Origin: Octopus sinensis
Taxonomy: Eukaryota
Assembly: GCF_006345805.1 (NCBI RefSeq)
Contig: NC_043012.1
Span: 10,540,001 to 10,604,000 of the forward strand
Reading direction: 5' to 3'
DNA: 64,000 bases
The translations under genes and the position numbers were made by a program. This document shows positions 24,490-37,650 of this stretch, piece by piece. Within the stretch, counting starts at the first letter, position 1; each line of letters starts with the position of its first letter. A model generated the notes under the pieces. That model was not told the origin of the DNA. It saw nothing but the letters and a program-made list of their open reading frames with translations, and made no database searches.

Positions 24490-25093
24490 CAAGGGTTGGT
24501 CAAAATAATAGCATCATAGCATCATAATTTTGAAGTATCTATAACACCGCCAAAGGCTTGTTTATTTTTATGTTTTTTTTTAATTTATTATTAGTGTTGC
24601 TTAATATGTTTTGCTAAAATGGCTGTTTCTTTTCAGATATCATCAGAAAAAGGTTATTATAAATCATTAAAATGACAGATCTGTCGAACTTTCATAGAGG
24701 TCAAATTGTTGGTGCTCGTATGGCAGGCGCTAGCGTAACGAAAACAACCGAAATGTTTGACGTATCAAGAAGTACTGTCTCGAAAGTAATGACAGCATTT
24801 GAGAAAGGGAAAAACCTCCTCGTCAAAACAAAATTCCCAAAGAAAACCAAAACTTTCAGATATGGACCGTCGGATTCTTACGCGAAATGTTAAAAGGGTC
24901 ACAAAAGTACAGGCCTCCAAAATTACTGCAGAGTTTAATGACCATCTCGAGAACCCAGTTTCTGCACAAACTGTTCACCGGGAGCTGCACAAAGCCAGTT
25001 TTCATGGGAGGGCTGCAATCAGAAAACGGCTACTTTCAAAAACATACATTGCAATGCTTTTAGAGTGGAATAAAAACCTACAGAATTGATCCC
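24490..25093 (+). mobile_element. Tc1-family transposon 5' part (paired-like HTH region), frameshifted and cut by the gap
   Basis: MTDLSNFHRGQIVGARMAGASVTKTTEMFDVSRSTVSKVM, RKPKLSDMDRRIL, PVSAQTVHRELHKASFHGRAAIRK; TA|CAAGGG probable TIR start. Confidence 0.93.
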
Positions 25094-25193
25094 NNNNNNN
25101 NNNNNNNNNNNNNNNNNNNNNNNNNNNNNNNNNNNNNNNNNNNNNNNNNNNNNNNNNNNNNNNNNNNNNNNNNNNNNNNNNNNNNNNNNNNNN
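25094..25193. other. Assembly gap (100 N)
   Basis: Run of 100 N, typical of a fixed-size scaffolding gap; contiguity across it is not assured. Confidence 0.99.
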
Positions 25194-26214
25194 ATGGATG
25201 TACTTATATCTTCTTCTTCTTCAAAAAAAAAAAATAATGAACAAGAACGGAAATACAAAGTGAAACAAAGTAGGAGAGAAATTATTTAAAGTTTAACTTT
25301 CGTTTCGTTCATTAACAAAGTGACAGTATTCCCTTATTTGATATAAATGGAATGATAAAGAGTAATTTACGTCGATAATTTTTTTCATAAAAAAAAATAC
25401 ATATAATAAGAGATAAGAAAATATGGCTGCACTAGTTTATCGTTTGCTAACAAGGCTTTTAAGGTGAATTTCTGTGAAGGCGACTTCATAAATTTAAGTA
25501 TATGGACACACGAGCGAACAGAAAACCCACCTATGTAACTATTCTCTTATTCCTGTAGATGTGTTCTTTTATTTTTATATTTAAGTTTCATTCATTGGAC
25601 TGCGAATAAGAGTTGGGTTTTGGTCTTAGTCTGCTATTATATTTCCGTGCACATCTGTAACGATTTTTAGGAATATGAAACGGAACTTCAATAGTTGATT
25701 GGTGTATAATTTTAACGAGCTAAAAGAAAAGGGAATGAAAAGCAAAGTTCGTGACGTGATTTGAACTCAAAATATAAAGGGTTGTGTTTAAACACATTTG
25801 CACAAATGGTTCTGCCAAAGTTTTTCATACATCATATACCTGGACAAATCATCAGGTATGTTATTAGGGTTATTGAGTATTTCATTAATCAACGACCCTC
25901 ACCTGGGCAATCCAGCCAGGGTTGATGAAGTCCCAACTTGTGTCTAGATAGCACAACTTCTCTCAGGGTTCACAGCTTCTGATCAACCGACACTTCGAAG
26001 CAACTACTGCTGTACTGAGAAACAACTTGACGGCCTTCGTCTGTTGGTCCCTGTGAAGACCTGTATGGTGTAGGCTCTGCAGCTAGACTAGTTTAAAAAC
26101 TTTCTTCATCCTACCTGAATGGAATCGCACCTTTCTTGCCATTCATCCTTTCTGAAAAACTCTACCAGCTCAGATTCATTCTCTTTTTCTCGTTTTACCT
26201 TTTCAATGCGGTCA

Positions 26215-26587
26215 TTCAAACAAATTTGTGACTCGCTTGCTCATGGAAGATCAAAAGCAATCACGACTGAATGAGTGTCGTGAAAAAAAAAAAAAAAAAC
26301 AGATGGAAGTTGATCTGGACATTTTTTCAAAAGTCATCTCAGGTGATGAAAGCTGCTGCTAAAGGAACTTGTAGATGTAGAAGAGGTGAATAAAAAAGAA
26401 ATGGCGAAGGTGTTAAAAGGCATTACTTCACAAGAGTTACAGCACTGCTTCGAAAAGTGAAAAACGCGTCTGGACCGATGCATTGCTTCAAATGGAGAAT
26501 GCTTTCAAGGCGATAAAAGTGTGAACATATAAAACTAAGTGAAATAACATTGCAAAATTCCGGTTTACGTTTGGGTGCCTCCTTGTA
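26215..26587 (+). mobile_element. Internally deleted mariner fragment with right end
   Basis: KFVTRLLMEDQKQSRLNECRE, FSKVISGDES joined to LKGITSQELQHCFEK*KTRLDRCIASNGECFQGD; end TTCCGGTTTACGTTTGGGTGCCTCCTTG|TA. Confidence 0.82.
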
Positions 26588-26611
26588 AGTCACCATCGTA
26601 TATATTTTTTT

Positions 26612-26843
26612 TTTGTTTCTTTAATACCCACAAAGGACTAAACATAGAGGGGACAAACAAGGTCAGACAAACAGATTAAGTCGATTACATCGACCCCAGT
26701 GCGTAACTGGTACTTAATTTACCGACCCCGAAAGGATGAAAGGCAAAGTCGACCCCGGCGGAATTTGAACTCAGAACGTAGCGGCTGACGAAATACGGCT
26801 ACGCATTTCGCCCGGCGTGCTAACGTTTCTGCCAGCTCACCGC
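26612..26843 (-). mobile_element. SINE family B (B1 tail)
   Basis: CCCACAAAGGACTAAAC...GACCCCGAAAGGATGAAAGGCAAAGTCGACCCCGGCGGAATTTGAACTC...GCTAACGTTTCTGCCAGCTC. Confidence 0.92.
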
Positions 26844-26911
26844 ATAACATACATACATGTGTATGTATGTGCGTAAGTGTATGTGAGAGAGAGAGAGAGA
26901 GAGAGAGAGAG

Positions 26912-26962
<51 letters not shown>

Positions 26963-26989
26963 CGTGATAGATCGTTAGCCACTACACAC

Positions 26990-27150
26990 TTTTTTTCTCT
27001 CCTTGTTTTTTCTGTGTCCCTTTCTGCAGAAGAGCGTAGGCTCGAAACGTAAAAGACTTCTTTATATTCCTGAGCGTTATACTAATACATCTGTTTGTTT
27101 TGTACACCACCTGTCTTCGTCTTTTGTTTTTTTCGTAAACTCTCCCTACA
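26990..27150 (+). mobile_element. Family H hammerhead-bearing repeat, copy 3
   Basis: CTTT-CTGCAGA-A-GAGC GTAG GCTC-GAAAC-GTA-AAAG at 27020-27055, then TTCCTGAGCG...ATACTAATAC...CACCTGTCTTCGTCTTTTG shared with copy 1. Confidence 0.7.
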
Positions 27151-27179
27151 TGTATATGTACATGTATTTATATGATTTT

Positions 27180-27345
27180 GTGTTTGTCCCTACCACTGCT
27201 TGACAGCTGGTGTTGGCTTCTTTACGCCTACGTGACTTAGCGGTTCAGCATAAGAGTAAGATATAATAAGTACCAGGCTTAAAACAATGTACTGGGATTG
27301 ATTTGCTAGATTAAAACTCTGTCCCAGTATGACCTCAGTCCAATG
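27180..27345 (+). mobile_element. SINE family A, degenerate 3' half
   Basis: TTTGTCCCTACCACTGCTTGACAGCTGGTGTTGG...GACTTAGCGGTTCAGCA...ATAAGTACCAGGCTT. Confidence 0.7.
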
Positions 27346-27544
27346 ATGCTTCTAATGACATAATGTGCCTCGGTGGATCTTGCAGCGACAACACACGGGC
27401 TTCATACACGTAACCCTAGTGGTTGGGCCTTCCTCTTGTTTCTCTACGAACGCCGCAGGTAGATGTGACAGGTGTAATAGTTAGACTCTCTTTTGATATC
27501 TGATGCGAGCTAGCTGATGTAGTTTTTACTCTCTTGCGGTTTAT

Positions 27545-28140
27545 TCTTTTCTACTCTAGGCACAAGGCCCGAAATTTTGGGGGAGAGGGCCAGTCGATTA
27601 CATCGACTCCAGTACGCAACTGGTACTTAATTTATCGACCCCGAAATTATAAAAAGCAAAGTCGACTTCGGTGGAATTTGAACTCAGAACGTAAAGACAG
27701 GCGAAATACCGCGAAGCATTTCGCCCGTTTCTTATTTCTTTACTGCCCACAAGGGGCTACACACAGAGGAGACAGACAAGGACAGACAAAGGGATTAAGT
27801 CAATTACATCGACCCCAGTGCGTAACTGGTACTTAATTTATCGACCCCGAAAGGATGAATGGCAAAGTCGACCTCGGCGGAATTTGAACTCAGAACGTAA
27901 TGGCAGACGAAATACCTATTTCTTTACTACCCACAAGGGACTAAACACAGAGGGGATAAACAAGGACAGACAAACGGATTAAGTCGATTATATCGACCCT
28001 AGTGCGTAACTGGTACTTAATTTATCGACTCCGAAAGGATGGAAGGCAAAGTTAATCTCGGTGGAATTTGAACTCAGAACATAAGGACAGGCGAAATACT
28101 GCATACTAACGTACTAACGATTCTGCCACTTCGCCGCCTT
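27545..28140 (-). mobile_element. Head-to-tail triplet of SINE family B units
   Basis: Three repeats of ACTGGTACTTAATTTATCGAC...GGAATTTGAACTCAGAAC; junctions near 27731 and 27916. Confidence 0.9.
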
Positions 28141-28429
28141 CTCTTCCAGTTTATTGCAGGAATGAATTGGAGGCCAGAGCAAAGCTGATACGATTATTAT
28201 CCTATGCATTATTTCATTACCAGTTTTCTTGCGTATTTTAGCTGAAGCAATGAATAACAGGAAAAAATTTTACAGAGTTCTTAAAATACGTTGCGGTAGC
28301 CTTTGAAAAATCGTGTGGTAAGTTAAGTTAGTGGAACTGGCGTGTTTGCTTTTCATCCAAATTCGATCTTGTGGTCATTCCACTTGGAAGTATATTTTCA
28401 AATACCCTTAAAACAAAAAGAATCATAGA

Positions 28430-28820
28430 TCCGCATGCTTACGAACCGCATGGTTCCGGGTTCAGTCCCACTGCGTGGCACCTTGGGCAAGTGTCTTCTA
28501 CTATAGCCTCGGGCCGACCAAAGCCTTGTGAATGGATTTGGTAGACGGAAACTGAAAAATGCCCGTCGTATATATATATATATATTATAGAGAGAGAGAG
28601 AGAGAGAGATGTGTGTATATGTTTGTGTGTCTGTGTTTGTTCCCCCAACATCGCTTGACAACCGATGCTGGTGTGATTACGTCCCCGTAACATACCGGTT
28701 CGGCAAAAGAGACCGAAAAAATAAGTACTAGACTTACAACGAATATGTCCTGGAGTCGATTTGCTCGACTAAAGGCGGTGCTCCAGCATAGACGCTGAAA
28801 AATGTAAAAGAGTAAAATAG
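28430..28820 (+). mobile_element. SINE family A, 5' end eroded
   Basis: ATGGTTCCGGGTTCAGTCCCACTGCGTGGCACCTTGGGCAAGTG...GACTAAAGGCGGTGCTCCAGCA. Confidence 0.9.
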
Positions 28821-29104
28821 AGAGGTCACTCACACGATTTCCTCAAATCTGTGTCTCTACATTCGGAACCTAGGTAAGATACCTTCGTCCAAATGTTGCG
28901 CTCACACCTTGCGATAGTCAACTAGTGATCGATAACTACTTGACAGTACTGATATCGATTTCATTAACTATAACCACTTTTTATGAGCATCTGGTACTTT
29001 GTCAATCTGAGAGCCTTTGTTGTTGCTGTTGTTGTGTTGTTGTTGTTGTTGATGGTGGTGGTGGCGGTGGTTGTGGTGATGGTGGTGGTGATGGTGGTGC
29101 ATAC

Positions 29105-29140
<36 letters not shown>

Positions 29141-29444
29141 AAAATATTCACTTGGTGGTTGCATTCATTCGGTGGTTGTCTTACGCACGATTTATATTAG
29201 ATTTCGATATCACCACAATACCATCGATATTACCGCAGCTATCACAGCACTATCACAGCTTATACCACTACCATGATTGCCACTACAGACAATAACACAC
29301 GCCAACGCCGACACCACTTTATACCACAATATCATAAACTTTCTCTCCCTCTCACTCTTCTCGCCACTCCTTTATTATCACCTTATCTCCTCCCTCTCTC
29401 TATTACTCTCTTTTATCACTAAAACTTTTCACGATTAACACACA

Positions 29445-29488
<44 letters not shown>

Positions 29489-30038
29489 TGTCTTTCCTTT
29501 CTTTCTTTCATTTCCTCCTTCTTTCTTACCCTCTTTCTATCTTTCTTTCTTTCTTACTCTCGCTCTCTCTCTCGCTCTCTAACTCTGCTACTACCTTATT
29601 TCTTTCTCAATCCTTTTCCACCTCTATTTTCCCCTCTACCCCCTGCCTCTCCTTCTATCTTTCCTTCTGTCTTTCGTCTGAATCTCGCTGACTACGGTAC
29701 TACACTTTACCCTTTCAACCATCATCTTCCAACTCCTTCTCTTCCACATCTCACTCTCTCCATACCCAAATAGACACTCACACACACACATACACACATA
29801 CATACACACACACACACATACACACACATACACTCACATACACACACATACACACAGACGCACACACACATGTACATACACACACATACACATACACACA
29901 CACATACACACACATACACACACGTACACACAGACGCACACACACGTGTACATACACACAGAAAGAGAGAGATAGCTTTGTAGTTAAAGAGAGATAAGTC
30001 TAAATCTGAATATTCATGTGTGTATGTATGTATGTATG

Positions 30039-30098
<60 letters not shown>

Positions 30099-30661
30099 AG
30101 TGTGTGAGTGTGTGTGAGTATATATGTACGACAATGTTTATTTATATATATGCATTAATGTATCTCAGCTACCAACTCCATTTCTCTCTTCTCATTATCG
30201 ATTTACTTATAGTAATTTTTCCGCATTTTTTTATGGGTAGTTTTTCCCCCCTTTCTTTTTTCCTAATTTCTACACTCACCCCCAACCATCAACCCGAGTT
30301 ATAATGTGTTTTAAATTCTGCCCTGGAATGTCTACGAAGCTTTAGGGACTATGATGAAATCCTTTTTAAAAGGAGAACTTATAAAAAGATGGCGTCTCTT
30401 AAGTATATTTGGTTCTTAAGGCAAGATATTTCAGCAAACCGTACATCAAATGTTTTGTAGGAAAATACTAATGTTTCTCTAAATGGAATCTCTTCTACAA
30501 TTTATGTTGGCGTTGTTATTTTGTTATGCACCGCACACAACACACACACACACACACACACACATACATACGCGCACAGACACACACATATACATGCATA
30601 CACACGCATACATATATAGAAACACAGTTATATATGTAAATCTGTATGTCTATATATATGT

Positions 30662-30718
<57 letters not shown>

Positions 30719-31062
30719 TGTATGTATGTGTGTGTATGTGTGCGCGCGTCATTTCGTGCACATATGTGTGATTATTTGAGTTTTATTCAAGTCAATGATG
30801 TATGCGTGTAAAAAGATCTAGCGATGGTCTTCCATTTTGTGTTTTCCCAATCTAGCTATACATATGTGTATGTATATGCATACATACAGGCACACACATA
30901 CACACACACACACACATATATATATATATTTATATATATATACATATATATATATACATATATAAACACATTTATATACAATAAAATGTGCACATCCATA
31001 TACGTTTGTATAATTACATGTATATCGACATATTAGTATAAGTTTACGCGTACACACACATA

Positions 31063-31106
<44 letters not shown>

Positions 31107-31654
31107 CGTGTGTGTGTGTGTGTGTATACACATCTATGTATCTATGTATGCATTTAGGTATTTATACACGCACACATGTATGTATCCTTGTATTATGTAT
31201 CTGCATAAGACTGTATATGTAATTTTTTTTGTATAACTAGATGTATATCTGCGTGGTGCCGTTAGTGTGCACTATATGTAATGTACTCTACATAATGATC
31301 TCGCCTTATATCTCATTGGTTTATTGTGCAATATACACGACGTGTGGGACTGCTTGCCTTATATGTATTCGTATGAATATGTACCTGTGTACGTCTAGGA
31401 GTCTGTGTGTGTGTGTATTTATGCGTATTTATGTGTATATGTGTAAGAGTCACACTCAGTGTATCCAACCCATAAAAAGTCATGGGCCAAAGTTTGTGAA
31501 AGTGAAGCGAAGGATTAGATTATTGCCTACCACAAATATATAGGTGCAATAGCGCGCGCATAAACATCCGTGTCTATCGTTTTTATTTATTTCCTGTAAT
31601 TAAGTGTGTGTGTGCGTGTGTTTTTATGCGTGTGTACTGAGTATATATACGTAA

Positions 31655-31694
<40 letters not shown>

Positions 31695-31702
31695 TATGTA
31701 TG

Positions 31703-31759
<57 letters not shown>

Positions 31760-32029
31760 TATATATACGTATATTCATATATATGTATGTGTGTGTGACC
31801 GCACGTATGTATGTATATGCGTCTCGCATATGTACATAAAGAGGAACGCACACCCACACGCGTGCGCGCGTACACTTCTGAATCGCACATATTAAATAAC
31901 TTAAGTAAAAATTTTCGATTTACTGAGATTATCCACCTAGAAAGATTCCTCCGAGGTAATTTCCTGTGATAATAACTGATATTCATTATCACTACACTAT
32001 ATTCCCTTCGTTTTATTATGTATATACAC

Positions 32030-32731
32030 CTCACATACATGCATACATACATACATACATACATACATACATACATACATCATACATACATACATACGTA
32101 CGTACGTACGTACATACATACATACATACATACATACATACATACATACATACATACATACATACATACATACATACATACATACATACATACGTACATA
32201 CATACATACATACATATGCATATGCATATAGATACTTACGTAAGTACATGTATACAAATATACATACATTTGTATATTCATGGAAGTGAAAAAATGCCCC
32301 TTAGAAATCCCTTGTATGAAACGAGGTATATTTTTTAGATATATTTTTCGCTATATACATATATATATATATAACGGAAACTAAGATTCCTGAGAAATAT
32401 ATCTCGTTTCCCACGAGGGATTACTGTTCTCGTTCAGGCGAGTATACTGGCATTGATGTAGCCACATTTGAAATATTGTCACGGTAAATCTTGCTGATGA
32501 AGACTAATCAATTTTACGTTGACAAATGTATTTGAAGAGTCCGAAACCTAGGCACTGCATTATCCGATTCTGTGTTGTCCATTTATCTAATGTTCATCCT
32601 AGAGGTAAGACAAAATATTTCATGTTTGCTGCACTCTCACGTTTTTGCCAGTATACACGCAGTGAAGCTTTACCTATAGCATCGCAAATGTATCGACTGC
32701 TATTTCCAGTAAATGTTGGTGACTTGTACGA

Positions 32732-32785
<54 letters not shown>

Positions 32786-32860
32786 GATAGATAGATAGAT
32801 AAGTAGTAGCAGTAGTAGTAGCAGCAGCAGCAGTAGTAGCAGTAGTAGCAGCAGCAGCCA

Positions 32861-32927
<67 letters not shown>

Positions 32928-32979
32928 CAGTAGTAGCAGTAGTAGTAGTAGTAGCAGTAGTAGTAGTAGTAGTAGTAGC

Positions 32980-33023
<44 letters not shown>

Positions 33024-33025
33024 AT
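32030..33025. repeat. Microsatellite blocks (TACA)n 32030-32220 and (GTA/GCA)n 32800-33025
   Basis: Directly visible. Confidence 0.9.
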
Positions 33026-33734
33026 GAATTGCTACGAAACAGTGGTTAAGAACATACAGTTTTCGACATCCAGCTGTTTCTGCACGAGAAATTTTACAAG
33101 TAAGCTCAGTGGCTGTGTGCATCCGACATAGCTTCATCAGAGCTTTAACAGGAATTTATGTATGTATGTATATATGTATGTATATCAGTCTCTCTCTTTC
33201 TCTGTCTATCTATCTATGTGTATCTATCTGTCTGTCTGTCTGTCTATTTGTCTCTGTACATATCCATTACGTACATACGCTTGGCCTGCGGTAGTAATCG
33301 CAGCTCTGTGCAATTCACGTTTATTCAACTGTGATTTCCATATGCGTATCTTCTATAAGTAAATTAGCAGACGAATTCGGTGCCATGGCAATGATATATC
33401 TGTTTCTATACTATGCGTTCCGGGGTTCAAGTCTTGCCTACTATCACTGGTAAATTACAGGGCATTCCGAACTCGTTAAAACTGCTGACGTGTTTGAAAT
33501 AGTTCTCAGCAAGCGAAAGATTCTAAGACTTTGAAGCTCACTGTACTGAGATGTGTGTGTGAGAAAGAAAGATAGAGAGAGAGATAGTGAGTGAGAGAGA
33601 GGGGGAGAAGAGGGAGAAAGGGGAGGGAAAGAGAAAGGAAAGAGAGAGATAAAGAAAGAAAGAGCGAGAATGAGAGAACGAGAGAAGAGAAAGAGAGAGA
33701 AGAGAAAAACACAGAGAGAGAGTGGACGTGTGTA

Positions 33735-33946
33735 GTTTTTAGATTTGTTTCAGTCATTGGACGACGGCCACGAATTCGTGAGCTCAATCGATAAAACTGA
33801 TCCCAGCAGTTATATTTTAGACCTGGTACTTATTCTGTCGGTCTCTTTCACCGAATTACTATGTCGTGGGTGGAAACAAAACCAATGCCACTATCAAGCG
33901 GTTGCAGTGGGATTAGCAAAATCCCACACACAGACACACAAACGCA

Positions 33947-34036
<90 letters not shown>

Positions 34037-34225
34037 CATATGTATGTATGTATTTATGTATGTATGTATGTATGTATGTATGTATGTATGTGTTTGTGTG
34101 TGTGTTTCACTCCCTTGACTTTAGTCGGCCGAGAGTAGAGCAGAGAATACTTACCCAAGGTGCTGCACAGCGGGACTGAACCCGAACCATATGGCTGCAA
34201 GGCAAGCTTCTTAACCACATATACT
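33735..34225 (-). mobile_element. SINE family A-related, diverged, long central microsatellite
   Basis: TTTGTTTCAGTCATTGGA...GTACTTATTCTGTCGGTCTCTTT...GTCGGCCGAGAG...CCCAAGGTGCTGCACAGCGGGACTGAACCC. Confidence 0.75.
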
Positions 34226-34254
34226 TTCCTGCCCCAATGTATATTCTTTTATTC

Positions 34255-34648
34255 TTTTATTCTTTTACTTGTTTCAGTCATTTGACTGCGGCCATGCTGG
34301 AGCACCGCCTTTAATAGAGCAAATCGACCCTGGGACTTATTCTTTTGTAAGCCCAGTACTTATTCTATCGGTCTCTTTTTGCCGAACCGCTAAGTGACGG
34401 GGACATAAACACACCAGCATCGGTTGTCAAGCAATGCTAGGGGGACAAACACAGACACACAAACACACATACATATATATATATACATATATACGACGGG
34501 CTTCTTTCAGTTTCCGTCTACCAAATCCACTCACAGGCATTGGTCGGCCCGAGGCTATAGCAGAAGACACTTGCCCAAGATGCCACGCTGTGGGACTGAA
34601 CCCGGAACCATGTGGTTGGTAAGCAAGCTACTTAACACAGCCACTCCT
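34255..34648 (-). mobile_element. SINE family A, near full length, young-looking
   Basis: Matches the family A head, body and tail throughout. Confidence 0.93.
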
Positions 34649-34935
34649 GTATACAAATAATAGGAATGGGGCGTATATATATATATATATATATGTGGGT
34701 GTATGTGTGTGTGTGTATGTGTGTGTGTGCGTGCGTGCGTGCGTGTGTGTGTGTGCGCATGTGTGTGCGTGTATGTGTGCATATGTATGTGTGTATAGAC
34801 AGATAAATACATAGATAGACAGATAGAGAGGATGGGAGAAAAGTAACGTATGGCATATATATGTACATATAAATATATATATATATATTATATATATATA
34901 TATGTGTTTGTGTATATATATGTATATATGTATAC

Positions 34936-34972
<37 letters not shown>

Positions 34973-34981
34973 TATATTTGT

Positions 34982-35017
<36 letters not shown>

Positions 35018-35251
35018 TAAATATATATATATATACATCTATATTTGTATATTATATATATTATATATATATTATATCTATACGTATATTATATATATAT
35101 ATATAAATTATATATAAATATACACATGTATATCTAAATAGAATATATATATATACACATATATAAATATATAAATATATATATAGGGACATAATTGAAT
35201 GTGTTTTGAGTGTGTGTGTATTTGTGTGTGTGCGTGTGTGTGTGTGTGTGT

Positions 35252-35294
<43 letters not shown>

Positions 35295-35604
35295 ACCTTT
35301 GATATAACATACATGTTTCTCTATTTATTGCAGGAGGAATGGAAGCCAAACCTCGTGTCTCCTTGTTCCCGTATTTAGTCTTAATTTTTCCTTAATTGGG
35401 AAATATTTTTCTTCGAGTGTTCATTAGTGAAAAACCGCAATTACTGAAAGCTTTTAAATTTTGCCTCTCACCTCGACACCAGATAAAAGCTTTTAGCTGT
35501 TGTTTCTCTTTTTCTTTCTTTTTTTTTTTTTTCTTTTTACAGATTTTGTATTTTGTTTATCAATCACGTATGACACAACAGCCTAGTAATTTCCACGTAA
35601 GAAA

Positions 35605-35640
<36 letters not shown>

Positions 35641-35683
35641 TATTATTATTATTATTATTATCATTATTATTTTATTATTATTA

Positions 35684-35722
<39 letters not shown>

Positions 35723-35770
35723 CATTATTATTATTATTATTATTATTGTTATTATTACTATTGTATTTAA
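35605..35770. repeat. (TTA)n microsatellite
   Basis: Directly visible. Confidence 0.97.
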
Positions 35771-35774
35771 TAGG

Positions 35775-35925
35775 TTCATTTTTATTACATTCTTTCACAG
35801 TACTGCTACATGTTTGTCTGCCTTGGGTATTATGTAATATTTTCTTTTGTTATGCGTTTTCCGTTCCATTATAAAGAATCTTCGTAATATATTTGCAGTA
35901 CCCAGAATGTTGTTTTCTATGATAT
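35775..35925 (-). mobile_element. 3' end of an R4/Dong-like (restriction-like endonuclease) LINE
   Basis: Minus translation ILGTANILRR resembles the C-terminal LLGTAxILR motif of this clade; followed in the sense direction by a TAA array, a known Dong-type target. Confidence 0.45.
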
Positions 35926-35929
35926 GTAT

Positions 35930-36812
35930 ACAGGATGTTTCGGGCTAAATTTGACGATTTTTTTTAGGTCTACATTTATATTTTTCAGGAGGACTTTGAT
36001 ATAGTTGAACAGTCAGCGGCGTTGGAGAGCATAGTAATTATAGCTGTAGTTGAGAAAACGTTAGCCGACATAGAGGACTTGAAGCCGTCTGAATATTGGA
36101 AAAGTAATACAAGTATCATGATGATTTGCAGCGGGTATCAAAGTCTCAAGGTTTTCACTGTTGTTAACTCAATGTTCTGTGCACATTGTAAAGGGGGTAA
36201 GACAGGAAATGCACAGCTGCAATGGAGACTACGGAATCTTGTCCAGCAGGAAGGGACACAGCAGGCATTCCGAGTGTGTCTACACACCGCAATTAATCCA
36301 ACAACTGATTAACAGGGCGTTAGGCTGAATTCAGAAGTCTATGTGAAACTGCTGGAGACTGGTCAAACCCTGACTGTAGAGGATTGCTGCTAGAAGGCCA
36401 TATATCTAACAGCAGGATTCGGTTCCTTGCCATTCCTCCAGAAGGAGTTAGATGTGGTTCTCGGAGAATTTTTACGACTTCATCAGCCCCAATTTCTAGT
36501 TTCCTTCTTACCCCAATTGTAATCTTATTGACTACTATGTGTGAGGTGCGGTTGAGAAAGACACCTGTTGCTCAACCTGCAACTTCAAAGCCGAGCTGAT
36601 GGCCAAAATCAAGGTAGTGTTAGAAGATATTCTTAAAGACATAGTGAGAATCGCATGCACCTAGTTCCGGAGGCGTCGTGAAGCTGTGGTGGAGGCTGAG
36701 GGTAGTTCATTTTTTAGTGAACTCTTATCTGTCAGCGATAATCTACCCGATATTTTTTATAGTTTTATTTTTGGATGAGATATGCCTTTAGTAGCGAAAA
36801 TACGACCTTTTA
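35930..36812 (+). mobile_element. maT/DD37D-type Tc1/mariner transposon, internally deleted and degraded
   Basis: TA|CAGGATGTTTCGGGC possible TIR; N-terminus KPSEYWKSNTSIMMI; catalytic VRLNSEVYVKLLE, QQDSVPCHSSRRS, FSENFYDFISPN, DYYV*GAVEKDT, FRRRREAVVEAEG. Confidence 0.85.
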
Positions 36813-37334
36813 GAAACATGTATGGTACGTAGTATTGAAAATATCGGAAAGTACCCCAGGCTACTAACCTGGTGCGAGTATTTCTTACAGTGTAGACTCT
36901 ACTAATTTCCCAAAGACCTAGTGAGGTGTTTACAAGGCGGTTTCCGCTATTAGCTCCAAAGGAATAAGATATTTTGTTAAACCGAACGGTTTCTACAACA
37001 GACCCCTAAGGACAAGGCTGTGGTTTAAAATCTAGGTACGGTTTCCGTCTACTGTCCCATGAATGATTTACCTACCGCTAAACTATACAAATATTTCCAG
37101 TCTTCAAATTATGTATGAAACAGTATTTACAACACACTAACTAGAATGAACTGCTGGTAGCAACTTATTTCTGCGAATTCCTTCATTAATATTATCTATG
37201 AATTAGAATAAATTTTATAAAATACCATGTTCTTGCGTTTATTTTTGTTTTCATTGTTTATCATTATACCAGTCCTGATCGAAGAGCAAAGATGTTCTAA
37301 CATTGACCATACCATTATTTATATGTGTACACCT

Positions 37335-37650
37335 ATGACGAGGGCATCTGGCTCACAATCATGAGGTTGTGAATTCGATTTCCGCACAGGGATGTATTGT
37401 GCTCTTGAGCAAAACACTGTTCTCCAATACACTCAGCTCTAAAAGTGAGTCATGACGTCACGGGCGCCAAGTTGCATCTCTCTTTGCCTTTCCCTTGGAT
37501 AATATCGGTGGGGTAGAGAGAAGAGACTGGTATGCATGGGCGACTGCTGGTCTTCCATAAACAACCTTGCCCGAACTTGTGCCTGGGAGGAAAACTTTCA
37601 AGTTGCAGTCCCATGGTCATTCGTGACAGAAGGGGTCTTTACCCTTTTAC
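37335..37650 (+). mobile_element. tRNA-derived SINE family E (diverged)
   Basis: B-box-like GTGAATTCGATTTCC, GTGCTCTTGAGCAAAACACT, tail GCAGTCCCATGGTCATTCGTGACAGAAGGGGTCTTTACCC; head related to 48465-48590. Confidence 0.7.

Noticed and set aside
33060-33150. CTGATGA on the minus strand at ~33134
   Set aside because: No stem II closing onto a nearby GAAA.
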